From NCBI GenBank assembly GCA_048183675.1, contig DBEYWP010000003.1, positions 1,194 to 65,193 on the forward strand: DNA of 64,000 nt, given 5' to 3'. Shown here one piece after another: positions 45,324 through 54,926 of this stretch (positions are counted from its first letter, which is position 1; every line of letters begins with the position of its first letter). The stretch is from Collinsella sp. (GTDB lineage: Bacteria; Actinomycetota; Coriobacteriia; Coriobacteriales; Coriobacteriaceae). The position numbers and the translations under genes are program-made. The notes below the pieces were generated by a model. That model ran no database searches. It saw only the letters and a list, made by a program, of their open reading frames with translations, and was not told the DNA's origin.

Positions 45324-45365
45324 AAATGGCCGGGTCGCCCCCCACTGCGGGCGACCCGGCCATTT
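45324..45365. terminator. bidirectional hairpin filling the convergent gap
   Basis: A 17-bp perfect stem aaatggccgggtcgccc / gggcgacccggccattt with A/T runs on both sides. It sits between the stops at 45320 (+) and 45367 (-). Confidence 0.75.
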
Positions 45366-45366
45366 A

Positions 45367-46194
45367 TTAAATCAACCCAAAGTGGTGCATGGCGGTGACG
45401 GTGCCGTCGTGTGCGACATCGTCGGTCACGTAGTCGGCGACCGCCTTGACCTCGGGCATGGCGTTGCCCATGGCGACAGCCGTCTCGACCGCAGCGAGCA
45501 TGCCCAGGTCGTTACCCGAATCGCCGAAGCCAAAGGTGCGCGCGTTGCCGGTGCGACCCAGGTATTCCAGCGCTCGCGCCACGCCCACGCCCTTGTCAAT
45601 GCCCTTGGGGCTCAGCTCGCGATTCTGGCCACCGGTGTTGCAGGCCTCAAAATAGCGCTCGATAAAGCCGTCATCGTTGGCTACGCGAGCCAAACTGGGC
45701 ACACTGAGGCATACCTTGCCCACGCGCAGACTGCCGTCGACGCGCATTTCCTCGGTGCTGTGCACCACAGAAGTGCCGATCAGAGACGACTGCTCAACAC
45801 CCGCGGGTTCCAGGGCAAAAGTAGCCACGTTGGTCTCGAAAAAGGCCTCAATTCCTGCCGCGACCATACGGCGCGCAAGCTCCTCAATAACGTCCTCGTC
45901 AAAGCAGTCCTCATGCACCACGCGGCCCTCGACCTCGAGCGTCGCTCCCGCCATGGCAACGACACCCGCCGGGTTCAGCGCGCGCAGGCCATCGGCAATC
46001 AGCCACAAGGGACGACCCGTGCAGATAAATGCATGGTGTCCCGCGTCGCGCAGACGATGAAACGCCTCGACGACCGCCTGCGAGGGGTGAACCGCCGAAA
46101 AGTCCTTGTCGGTCATGTTGTCGGGATCGAACGACGTCAGTGTGCCGTCCACGTCAAAAAAGAGCACGGCGGAATCGGGGCACGCATCAATCAT
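45367..46194 (-). CDS. Cof-type HAD-IIB phosphatase
   Basis: The FFDVDGTL motif I and the GDSGNDLGML motif IV are present. Start at the ATG at 46194. Confidence 0.85.
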   Translation of the reverse strand: MIDACPDSAVLFFDVDGTLTSFDPDNMTDKDFSAVHPSQAVVEAFHRLRDAGHHAFICTGRPLWLIADGLRALNPAGVVAMAGATLEVEGRVVHEDCFDEDVIEELARRMVAAGIEAFFETNVATFALEPAGVEQSSLIGTSVVHSTEEMRVDGSLRVGKVCLSVPSLARVANDDGFIERYFEACNTGGQNRELSPKGIDKGVGVARALEYLGRTGNARTFGFGDSGNDLGMLAAVETAVAMGNAMPEVKAVADYVTDDVAHDGTVTAMHHFGLI

Positions 46195-46269
46195 ATGAGT
46201 TCCTTTCGAGGATAAGGGCAAACGAAGCATCCATCATATAATGGAGCGACGCAACCAGAGAGGTCACCC

Positions 46270-48834
46270 ATGGAATTTTACGCAAGCTGCCCCGAGGGCT
46301 TTGAGTCCGCACTCGCCGATGAGCTTAAACGCCTCGGGCTTTCGCATGTTCGCCGGCTGAAGGGCCGCGCCACGTTTGAGGGCGAGCTCGAAGAAGGCTA
46401 CCGCGCCTGTCTGTGGTCGCGCCTGGCGAGCCGCGTGTTTGCGGTGCTTGGGCGCTTTGAGGCGCAGGATGCCGACGAGCTGTACGATAGCGTTTACGAC
46501 ATCGCCTGGGAGACCGTCATCCGCCCCGGCGCCACCATCGCCATCACCGCCCGCGGCGTGACCGAGCAGCTGCGCAACACGCGCTTCTCGGCCCTGCGCG
46601 CCAAGGACGCATTGTGCGACCGCTTGGCCGAAACCACGGGCCGTCGTGCCGATGTCAACGCCACCGATCCCGATGTTCACCTGCTGCTTTCGCTGCGTCA
46701 GCGCCGCGCGAGCATCAGCCTGGACCTTTCGGGCGATCCGCTGTTCAAGCGTCTGCCGCCCGCAGCGACCCGCGCCGGCGAGGGCGCGCACGTGCTGCGC
46801 CCCGACTACGCCGCCCTGGTGCTGGCGCAGGTCGGCTGGACCGCACTGTGCGAGCGCGAGCTGACGGCCGATGATTACGAAAACGAAGCGCTGCCTACGC
46901 TGATCGACGCCTCGTGCGCCGGCGGCGGTCTGCTGCTGGAGGCCGTGAACATTCTGACCGACCGCGCCCCGGGCGCCGCACGCGAGCGCTGGGGCTTTGA
47001 GGGCTGGCAGCTGCACGACGCCGCCCTGTGGGAGCAGCTGCTTGCCGAGGCGCGCGAGCGCGAGACCGCGGCGCGTGAGCGCCAGGCGCGCATCGTCGCC
47101 GTGGACATTGACCCCGCCGCCCGCAAGACTGCCGAGCGCATGGTCAAGTGCGCCGGCTACAAGCGTTTTGTCGACTTTTGCGCTGCCAAGCCAGCCACCG
47201 TGCTGGACCACGCGGGCGCCGTCGCCGGTGCCGCCGTGGTCGCGGACACCACCGAGACCCCGCTTTCGCTCATGCACGACGCCATGACGCTGGTCGGTGA
47301 GCTGCGCCGCGCGCCCGAGCTTTCCGCGGCGCCGGTCGCCGCGCTCACCCGCGATGGATTGCTGGCCCGCGCGCTCCACGCCGAGCCCGAGCGCTCGATC
47401 GCCGTCATGCCCAATAACGAGGAGGCAACTATTGAGGTTTGGCCCTCGCTCGACCACGCCGCCGCGGCGTTTGAGGCTTCGACCAGTGCGGATGCCGAGG
47501 CCGAGGTTGCGGATGCCAACGAAGTCAACGACAACGCCGCCAACACCCCCATGCCCGAACCTGCCGCCATGCTCGACCTGGGCGACGGCAAGCCGCTGCC
47601 CGTGCTCATCCCCGAGTCCGAGCAGTTCGCCAACCGCCTGCGTAAGAATGCCCGTCTGCGTCGCAAGTGGGCCAAGCGCGAGGGCGTGAGCTGCTACCGC
47701 GTCTACGATGCCGACCTACCCGACTACTCCGCCGCCATCGATCTGTACGAGGGCTGCCCGCAGACGCCGGGCCGCTGGCTCGTCATCGCCGAGTACGCCG
47801 CGCCTAAGACCATCGATCCCGCGCTAGCCCAGGCCCGCATGCTCGACATCTTGGCCATCGCGCCGCGCATCCTGGATGTTCCGGCCGAGCATGTGCACGC
47901 CAAGGCCCGCATGCGCTCGCGTGGCGGCTCGCAGTACGGCAAGCAGGGCGCCGGTAAGGGCGCATCAGGCGAGCGCGCCAACATCGCTCGCCGTCGCCTG
48001 CCGCTCATCGAAGAGGGCGGACTCACCTTTGCCGTCAACTTTGACGATTATCTGGATGTGGGCATCTTCCTGGATCACCGCGTCACCCGCAACCTGGTGC
48101 GCGAGCACGCCAAGCAGGCGCGTCGCTTCCTCAACCTGTTTGCCTATACCGGCACCGCCACCTGCTACGCGGCGGACGGCGGCGTCGAGGAGACCGTGAC
48201 GGTCGACCTCTCCAACACCTACCTGGACTGGGCCGAGCGCAACATGCGCCAAAACGGCTTTGTGGGACCGCGGCATCATTTTGTGCGCGACGACGTGCTC
48301 GCCTGGATTCGCGACCAACGCCAGACGCGCAACCGCTGGGACCTGATCTTTGTCGACCCGCCCACGTTCTCGAACTCGTCCAAGATGGGCCGCCGTACCT
48401 GGGATGTCCAACGCGACCATGTTGAGCTTTTGGCCGGCGTATCGCGCCTGCTCGCACAGGGTGGACATGCCATCTTTAGCTGCAACCTGCGTGGCTTCCG
48501 TCCCGAGACGCGCAAGCTCGCACGCGCGGGCGTGGTGCTGGAGGACATTACGGCACAGACCATCCCCGAGGACTTCGCGCGCAACCAGAAGGTGCACCAC
48601 TGCTATATCGTGCGCCGCCTGCCCATCGAGGATGCCATGGCCGAGGTCGGCTTTAGCGCCGAGGAGATTGCAGAGCGAACCGAGGAACTGCGCAATCCCG
48701 AGGCCCGCAAGCCCCGTGCGGCAGTACCCGCGCACGCGCAGGCCGGCAACGGCAAGTCGAACTTTGCCGGCAAACCCTCTCCTGCCGGCAAGCTCAAAAA
48801 GAAGAAGTTCTACGCCAGCAAGCCCAAGGGCTAA
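46270..48834 (+). CDS. THUMP-domain bifunctional 23S rRNA methyltransferase, RlmKL-like
   Basis: The N-terminal THUMP plus methyltransferase begins MEFYASCPEGFESALADELKRLG. The C-terminal methyltransferase has FLNLFAYTG...IFVDPPTFSNS. There is a low-complexity insertion and a Lys-rich tail. Confidence 0.8.
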   Translation: MEFYASCPEGFESALADELKRLGLSHVRRLKGRATFEGELEEGYRACLWSRLASRVFAVLGRFEAQDADELYDSVYDIAWETVIRPGATIAITARGVTEQLRNTRFSALRAKDALCDRLAETTGRRADVNATDPDVHLLLSLRQRRASISLDLSGDPLFKRLPPAATRAGEGAHVLRPDYAALVLAQVGWTALCERELTADDYENEALPTLIDASCAGGGLLLEAVNILTDRAPGAARERWGFEGWQLHDAALWEQLLAEARERETAARERQARIVAVDIDPAARKTAERMVKCAGYKRFVDFCAAKPATVLDHAGAVAGAAVVADTTETPLSLMHDAMTLVGELRRAPELSAAPVAALTRDGLLARALHAEPERSIAVMPNNEEATIEVWPSLDHAAAAFEASTSADAEAEVADANEVNDNAANTPMPEPAAMLDLGDGKPLPVLIPESEQFANRLRKNARLRRKWAKREGVSCYRVYDADLPDYSAAIDLYEGCPQTPGRWLVIAEYAAPKTIDPALAQARMLDILAIAPRILDVPAEHVHAKARMRSRGGSQYGKQGAGKGASGERANIARRRLPLIEEGGLTFAVNFDDYLDVGIFLDHRVTRNLVREHAKQARRFLNLFAYTGTATCYAADGGVEETVTVDLSNTYLDWAERNMRQNGFVGPRHHFVRDDVLAWIRDQRQTRNRWDLIFVDPPTFSNSSKMGRRTWDVQRDHVELLAGVSRLLAQGGHAIFSCNLRGFRPETRKLARAGVVLEDITAQTIPEDFARNQKVHHCYIVRRLPIEDAMAEVGFSAEEIAERTEELRNPEARKPRAAVPAHAQAGNGKSNFAGKPSPAGKLKKKKFYASKPKG

Positions 48835-48835
48835 T

Positions 48836-48907
48836 AAAAAAGTTGCGGTGGAATACGGACTGTTTTGCCTGGAATGAGGCAAATTTAGACCGTATTTCAC
48901 CGCAACT
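48836..48907 (-). terminator. compound hairpin terminator downstream of kdpE
   Basis: agttgcggtggaatacgg pairs with ccgtatttcaccgcaact (1 mismatch), with an inner hairpin ttgcct..aggcaa. There is a U-run on the minus strand. Confidence 0.6.
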
Positions 48908-48931
48908 CATATTGGGATGGTGGTTGACGAT

Positions 48932-49645
48932 CTAGCCTTGGGTGACCAGTCGGTAACCGATGCCCACGTGCGTTTGGATATAGCGCGGATGCGCGGGGTC
49001 GGACTCGATCTTCTTGCGCAGCGTGCCCATAAAGACACGCAGGCTCGCCAGGTCGCTCTTAGTTGCCGTACCCCAAATCTCGTGCAAAATAAACTGGTGC
49101 GTCAGCACCTTGTCGGCGTTGTGCGCCAGCAGGCACAGGAGCTTGTACTCGATCGGCGTCAGATGCAGCTCCTCGCCATCCATCGTGGCGATGCCGGCAT
49201 CAAAATCGATATGCAACTCGCCGGTATCGAACGAGCCCTCGGAGGCAACGCCGCCCGTTTGCGCATACGAAAGACGCCTGAGCGTCGTGCGAATGCGCGC
49301 GAGCAGCTCCTCGACCGAAAACGGCTTGGTCAGGTAGTCGTCGGCACCGGCATCGAGCGCACGGATCTTGTCCGCATCCTCGCTGCGCGCCGAGACCACA
49401 ATGATCGGCATGCCCGACCATGTGCGCACCGACTCCACCACCTTGACGCCGTCCATATCGGGCAGGCCCAAATCGAGCAGCACAATGCTCGGCGTCTGCG
49501 ATGAGGCGGCGGCGATGGCGGCATGGGCGGTCTCCACGGCCATATGGCGCAAGCCGTGCGCCTCGAGCGCGGCAACGATAAGGTTACGAACGGCGGGGTC
49601 GTCCTCAACGACCAAGATGAGCGGTTTTACGGCAGAGTTCGGCAC
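48932..49645 (-). CDS. kdpE: OmpR-family response regulator, KdpE-like
   Basis: LILVVEDDPAVRNLI...LLDLGLPDMDG...SARSEDADKIRALDAGADDYLTKPF, plus a winged-helix C-terminus. The GTG start at 49645 has AAGGAG 7 nt upstream, inside the end of the kinase gene. Confidence 0.8.
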   Translation of the reverse strand: MPNSAVKPLILVVEDDPAVRNLIVAALEAHGLRHMAVETAHAAIAAASSQTPSIVLLDLGLPDMDGVKVVESVRTWSGMPIIVVSARSEDADKIRALDAGADDYLTKPFSVEELLARIRTTLRRLSYAQTGGVASEGSFDTGELHIDFDAGIATMDGEELHLTPIEYKLLCLLAHNADKVLTHQFILHEIWGTATKSDLASLRVFMGTLRKKIESDPAHPRYIQTHVGIGYRLVTQG

Positions 49646-49649
49646 AGCG

Positions 49650-51275
49650 TTACTCCTTATCAAACGAAACGTCGGCGACGGGAAGCTCAATCGTAAAGAC
49701 CGAGCCGTGCGGGTCCGCCGCGGCAACCTCTATGCTACCGCCATGCGCCAGCGCAATGGAGCGGCAGAGCGAAAGACCCAGGCCCACGCTGCGATGGCTG
49801 TCGGCAAGACCGTGGTTGGCGGTATAGAACGACTCGAAGATCCGCTCGCGGTCCTCGGGCGCAATACCCGGCCCGTCATCGGCCACCGAGCACGTCACGT
49901 GCCCATCGTCGACGCCAATCGAAATCACGATATGCGAGCCTGCGGGCGTATAGGTGATGGCGTTGTTCACCAGATTGACCACCAGCTGCACCATCAGGCG
50001 CGCATCGACATTGACGAGCGCCGGCTCATCGCACGCCACCACCTTAAGGTCGTGCTCGCGCACAGCCGGATTTACGTGGCGCAGCGCCTCCTCGACGATA
50101 TCGTCCATGAGCTCGAGCGTAGTCGACAGATGCATGCCGTCGCCCTCGAGCTTGGTGATGGCAAGCAGGTTCTCGACGGTGGCGTTGAGCCATTGCGCAT
50201 CCGAGCGAATGGACAGGAGCAGGCCGCGACGCGTCTGGGCGTCGAGCACGGCGGTGCCGGTCGAGCCCTGGTCGAGCAGCACGTCGGCATTACCCGAAAT
50301 ACTGGTGAGCGGTGTGCGCAGGTCGTGCGAGATGGAACGCAGCAGGTTGGCGCGCAGCTGCTCGTTTTTGGCGAGCACCGCCGCCTCCTCGCGGGCCTCC
50401 ATGGCGCGGGCGCGATCGAGTGCCAGCTCGCCTTCGCTCACGATGGCATCGGCAAGTGTCCGCTCCTCGTGCGTCAGCACGTCGGGCTCGGCAACGATAG
50501 CCAGCACGCCCACCACCGAGGCGGGGTCGCCCGAGCGCACGAAGCCGTCGCCCGTGCGAACCGTCAGGTAGATGCCATAAAACGCCGAACCGCCAAACGT
50601 GGCGTCGAGCGGCGTTCCCACGTAGGCGGACGCCGAGAGCCTCGGCGGCATCTGCGGCGCCAGCTCGTGCACCGGGACGGCATCGCCCACGGCCGTGTAC
50701 GTCGCACGCGGCAGCAGGTCATCGCCCTCGGCGTCGGCGCTGTACCACACAACCGGACAGCCCGAAAGACGCGCCAGCTGCGTGGCCATGGCGTGAACGA
50801 TCTGATGCTGATCGGCGCACCGCTGCAGCATGCGGTTGGTCTCGAGCACCATATGCGTGCGGCGGTCGCTGGCGGCAGCCTGTGCCAAGGCGCGGCGCAG
50901 GGCCAACGCAATCGAGCTCGACACAAGCGAAACCACGAACATGATGAAGAACATGCCGGGATAGCCGCGGTCGATAAGCGACAGCGAGTAGCGCGGGTCG
51001 ACAAACAAAAAGTTGTAGAGCGCCACGGCGGCAGCCGAGCTCAGCAAGCAATACAGGCGACTCCAGGTAAAGAATGCGCACAGCTGAACGGCGAACACAT
51101 AGACGATCATGATGCTCGGCGCGAGACCCGGATGGTCGAGCAGCGCGCCCACAATCGTCGCCGCGACCAGCAGCCCCACCGATACGCAGGCGTCATACAG
51201 AGGAGTGCGGCGCGTCAGCGTTGTGCGCCGCCACCAAAAGCTATCGGCAATATCGCCGTCCGTACGGACGTCCAT
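49650..51275 (-). CDS. kdpD: KdpD-type sensor histidine kinase lacking the N-terminal KdpD/Usp sensor module
   Basis: It starts directly with a four-TM DUF4118-like block (..LFVDPRYSL..). A GAF-like region follows, then the HisKA box SISHDLRTPLTSI and a HATPase domain with DDGPGI. At 541 aa it is far shorter than the roughly 900 aa of full-length KdpD. Confidence 0.8.
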   Translation of the reverse strand: MDVRTDGDIADSFWWRRTTLTRRTPLYDACVSVGLLVAATIVGALLDHPGLAPSIMIVYVFAVQLCAFFTWSRLYCLLSSAAAVALYNFLFVDPRYSLSLIDRGYPGMFFIMFVVSLVSSSIALALRRALAQAAASDRRTHMVLETNRMLQRCADQHQIVHAMATQLARLSGCPVVWYSADAEGDDLLPRATYTAVGDAVPVHELAPQMPPRLSASAYVGTPLDATFGGSAFYGIYLTVRTGDGFVRSGDPASVVGVLAIVAEPDVLTHEERTLADAIVSEGELALDRARAMEAREEAAVLAKNEQLRANLLRSISHDLRTPLTSISGNADVLLDQGSTGTAVLDAQTRRGLLLSIRSDAQWLNATVENLLAITKLEGDGMHLSTTLELMDDIVEEALRHVNPAVREHDLKVVACDEPALVNVDARLMVQLVVNLVNNAITYTPAGSHIVISIGVDDGHVTCSVADDGPGIAPEDRERIFESFYTANHGLADSHRSVGLGLSLCRSIALAHGGSIEVAAADPHGSVFTIELPVADVSFDKE

Positions 51276-51292
51276 CAGCGTCCCGCCCCTCT

Positions 51293-51342
51293 CTCAAAAG
51301 CAAAAACCACCACAAAGGGGACAGGCACCCTTGTGGTGGTTT
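51293..51342 (-). terminator. intrinsic terminator between the small ORF/kup and the kinase gene
   Basis: On the minus strand aaaccaccacaaggg-ugccugu-ccccuuugugguggUUU (one bulge) is followed by UUGCUUUU. Confidence 0.65.
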
Positions 51343-51388
51343 CCCCTTGTGGTGGTTCCAAGTGTAAAGCCTTTGCAACCTGCGGTCG

Positions 51389-51583
51389 TTAGACAAACAG
51401 CACGTGCGCGAGCAGTGCGCACACGCACGCCGCGACAAGCACCGTCACCACGATCGAAATCACGCGGTCGGCCATATCCATGTTGGCCCGATTCGTAAAG
51501 AACCGATCTTCGGCAGCATCGGCGCGTACCTCACGCACCAGCTCGGTCGCAAGATCGCAACCGTCAAGCACCTTTGCATCCAT
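51389..51583 (-). CDS. small hypothetical tail-anchored membrane protein
   Basis: MDAKVLDG... with a C-terminal TM (VISIVVTVLVAACVCALLAHVLFV). A strong GGGAGGAA lies upstream of the ATG at 51583. No family recognised. Confidence 0.4.
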   Translation of the reverse strand: MDAKVLDGCDLATELVREVRADAAEDRFFTNRANMDMADRVISIVVTVLVAACVCALLAHVLFV

Positions 51584-51652
51584 GGTTTCCTCCCAGGACT
51601 CAATCCCCGTCAATACAAACCCGCCCGTTCGCAGACAAACCTCGAGCGTCGA

Positions 51653-53680
51653 CTACGGCCGCTCGTTGGGGGCCAGGCGTTGCATCTTGTTCACAGCCTT
51701 GAACTTGGTGAACAGCGGCACATACTCAAAGCTCACGTTGGAGTTCTCCAGGCCGTACCAGCGTGCAGGCGTGCCGGCGGCGCGGCGGATGATGTACTTG
51801 AGCGTGATGGCCGTACGCTCGCTGGGCTCCACATCGCTTTCGGGCGCCAGAAGCTTACGGATCAGGACGAACTTGAACGTGCCGATGTTACCCGGATCCT
51901 TGTAGACCGAGTAGTCATGCGTCTGCGGCGGCAGCTCGCCGGTGGCAGCCAGGTCCTGAACAACCTGACGCAGGTAAGCATTGACGCGCTGGTTGATCTT
52001 GTAGCCCAGGTACAGATGCACGCGGAACACGTAGTCGGTGCCGAACGTCTCGACCGAATAGGCAAAGGTGTGCGGTTCGTCCATGGTCTCGACATTCACA
52101 AACCACCAGGCGCGGGCGCGCTTGGGATGCTTATCCAAGATCGAGTAAACGATATCGCGGTCGATGTAGTCGGTATGGGTGTCCTTGGTCAGGTACACGA
52201 TGTTGTCGCTCACGAGCTCGTAACGGTCGTCGTCGCGCAGGCGCTTGAGCTGCGGCAGGTAGCTGCGCAGCGGCAGTAGCGTAAACTGGCGCTGCTCGAC
52301 CGCCGTGCCGTTGTACCAGCACACCATAATGCCCATGATGAGTGCAGCCATAAGGATGGTGAAATAGCCGCCGTGGAAGAACTTGGTGAGCGAACTCACA
52401 AAGAAGAAGCCTTCGAGCAAAAGGAAGAAGGCCACGAAGATCCACGGAGCAACCTTGAGCTTGCGTTCCTCGTGCAGGTAGAAGAAGAGCAGCAGCGTGG
52501 TGCACATCATGGTCAGCGTAATGGCAAGGCCGTAGGCGGCTTCCATATGCGCCGAGTTCTGGAACAGCAGCACCACGATGACGCAGCCCACGAGCATGAC
52601 GTTGTTGACCATGGGAATATAGAGCTGGCCCTTGGTCTCGGCAGGATAGAAGACCTGCATGTGCGGCATAAGGTCCAGACGGCTGGCCTCGGACACCAGC
52701 GAGAATGCGCCGGTGATGAGCGCCTGCGAGGCAATGATGGCCGCGACGGTGGAAAGGCCGACGGCAAAGGGACGCAGGCCCGGGGTGAGCATCTGGTAGA
52801 AGGGGTTGAGGTCGGCGATACCCATGAGCTCGGGGTTGGCGGCGTTGTTGATAAGCCACGCGCCCTGGCCCATATAGGAAAGCAGCAGACAGCACTTAAC
52901 GAACGGCCAGGTGGCGTAGATGTTGCCGCGGCCCACGTGGCCCATGTCGGAATAGAGCGCCTCGGCACCGGTGGTGGCAAGGAAGCAGCTGCCCAGAATC
53001 ATGATGCCCGCGTGGTTGTTGGGGCTCAACAAAAAGCCGATGCCACGCAGCGGGTTGAGGCACAGCAGCACCGCGGGGTGCTGGAAGACAAAGAACAGAC
53101 CCGTGCCGCCCAAGAACAGGAACCACAGCGTCATGATGGGGCCAAAGGCGTGACCGATCTTGGCCGTACCGATACGTTGTACCAAGAAGAGCGCGATGAT
53201 GATGGCAAGCGTGATGGCCACGACACGGCCCTGATCGTCACCCAACACAGCATGGACCGCCGGGATGGTGCGCAGGCCCTCGATGGCCGTGGTAACGGTA
53301 ACGGCGGGCGTCAGGATGCCGTCAGCGAGCAATGCGGCGCCGCCCAGCATGGCGGGGATGATGAGCCACTTGCCGCAACGCTTGACCAGGCTGTACAGAG
53401 CAAAGATACCGCCCTCGCCGTGGTTGTCGGCGCGCAGCGAGATCAGCACGTACTTGACGGTCGTCAGCAGCGTGACCGTCCACACGACAAGGGAGAGCGC
53501 GCCGAGCACGAACTCCTCCGTGACGCTTCCGATGCCGCCGTTGCCGGCAACGAGTGCCTTGGTTACATACATGGGGCTGGTGCCGATATCGCCATACACC
53601 ACGCCCAGCGTGACGAGCATCGCCGAGATGCTCACAGGAATCGCAGCGTGCGAGGCTGCCTCCTTGGCCTTTTGTTCCAT
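51653..53680 (-). CDS. kup: KUP/HAK/KT potassium transporter
   Basis: LGVVYGDIGTSPMY, the signature N-terminal motif, is present. There are 12 TM segments and a cytoplasmic C-terminal domain. Start at the ATG at 53680, with GGGAGGAA upstream. Confidence 0.9.
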   Translation of the reverse strand: MEQKAKEAASHAAIPVSISAMLVTLGVVYGDIGTSPMYVTKALVAGNGGIGSVTEEFVLGALSLVVWTVTLLTTVKYVLISLRADNHGEGGIFALYSLVKRCGKWLIIPAMLGGAALLADGILTPAVTVTTAIEGLRTIPAVHAVLGDDQGRVVAITLAIIIALFLVQRIGTAKIGHAFGPIMTLWFLFLGGTGLFFVFQHPAVLLCLNPLRGIGFLLSPNNHAGIMILGSCFLATTGAEALYSDMGHVGRGNIYATWPFVKCCLLLSYMGQGAWLINNAANPELMGIADLNPFYQMLTPGLRPFAVGLSTVAAIIASQALITGAFSLVSEASRLDLMPHMQVFYPAETKGQLYIPMVNNVMLVGCVIVVLLFQNSAHMEAAYGLAITLTMMCTTLLLFFYLHEERKLKVAPWIFVAFFLLLEGFFFVSSLTKFFHGGYFTILMAALIMGIMVCWYNGTAVEQRQFTLLPLRSYLPQLKRLRDDDRYELVSDNIVYLTKDTHTDYIDRDIVYSILDKHPKRARAWWFVNVETMDEPHTFAYSVETFGTDYVFRVHLYLGYKINQRVNAYLRQVVQDLAATGELPPQTHDYSVYKDPGNIGTFKFVLIRKLLAPESDVEPSERTAITLKYIIRRAAGTPARWYGLENSNVSFEYVPLFTKFKAVNKMQRLAPNERP

Positions 53681-53803
53681 AAGCCGGTTTCCTCCCAACT
53701 TTAATGTTCGAAGGGATTATAGATAATCGGCCCATGTTTGAATGGCACTGTTTTCCCAGCTAGATAAACATTTATACGGCCTTTAGGCCACCGCGGCGAT
53801 ATG

Positions 53804-53836
53804 GAATGTGACAAAGGGACGGTCCCTTTGTCACAT
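53804..53836. repeat. palindromic repeat family 1, intact copy
   Basis: gaatgtgacaaagggacggtccctttgtcacat lies 4 nt downstream of the nitroreductase stop codon. Confidence 0.9.
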
Positions 53837-53839
53837 CCG

Positions 53840-54712
53840 TCATTTTCCGAGCCAGTTTTTGAACCACCACTCCATGGAGCGGCTCATCTCGGCCATAAAG
53901 GGACTCGTGTGCTTGCGGGTATAGATGTCCACGACGCGCTCCCCCACATCGCGGGCGTGCGGACGGAACATCGCGTCCATCTCGGCCACCTGCGCGTCCA
54001 TGGTCGCGGCATCCGCACGGCAGTAGCGCTCCTCGTGCACCAGGTTCACCACGGGGTGTGCGATCGCCGGACGCTCCTTACGGGGCGTGCCGATGATGAG
54101 CATCGATAGCGGCATGGTATAGGGCGGCAGATCGAGCAGCTCGGCGACTTCCTCGGCATTCTCGACGATATCACCGATGTAGCAGCTCCCCAGCCCCAGG
54201 GCCCCAGCGGCAACCACGGCGTTTTGCGCGGCGATCACGGCGTCCTGGGCCGCGATGGCAAAGTCGCCTAAACCCGGCGCGCGGCGGGGCGCCTTGCCCG
54301 TGCGCTCGACAAACTCGGGCTCAAAGCAGCCCACGTGCTCAAACAGATCGATCCACTTTGCATAATCGACCACAAATATCAGTGCCCAGGGAGCCTTGGC
54401 GATCATGGGCTGATGGTCGCACAGGTCGGCCAGGCGGTCGAGCGTAGCCTGCTCGCGGATGCTCACGATGGAATACATCATCATGGCGCCCGCCGACGGC
54501 GCGCGACTCGCCGCATGCAAAATCGCTGCACGCTGCTCGTCGGTCACCGCCACGGGACGGTCATTGTCATCGCGCGCAAAAGCGCGCGTGGACGAACGGC
54601 GCTCCAAGATGTCCAGCACCGTGTTGCCCGTAGTCTCGACCGGATAGCCGCACGTATCCACGCCCGCAGCTCCGCCGCCGCCCATGTCCGCCTTGCAAAC
54701 CTGCTCGTTCAT
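53840..54712 (-). CDS. nitroreductase family protein (NfsA-like)
   Basis: The ILERRSSTRAF motif is present, and the length and layout resemble NADPH-dependent nitroreductases. Confidence 0.85.
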   Translation of the reverse strand: MNEQVCKADMGGGGAAGVDTCGYPVETTGNTVLDILERRSSTRAFARDDNDRPVAVTDEQRAAILHAASRAPSAGAMMMYSIVSIREQATLDRLADLCDHQPMIAKAPWALIFVVDYAKWIDLFEHVGCFEPEFVERTGKAPRRAPGLGDFAIAAQDAVIAAQNAVVAAGALGLGSCYIGDIVENAEEVAELLDLPPYTMPLSMLIIGTPRKERPAIAHPVVNLVHEERYCRADAATMDAQVAEMDAMFRPHARDVGERVVDIYTRKHTSPFMAEMSRSMEWWFKNWLGK

Positions 54713-54926
54713 CGCCCTGCCCTCGCCATTTCTTTAAGAAGCCTTTACGTTTCCGTGTAATTCCCGTCCATTATCGCGCAGGTCGCCACTACATTGCGCC
54801 ACACCGCCGCACATGCGCGTTAATATGGCTGGTTGTTGTGCGCAGCCCGCAAATGCAGCGCATATTTAGGTAACAATCGGGTAAACCCCCGCTTTCGTAG
54901 GTTTTAAGTTTGTGAGGAGTCTCAGC

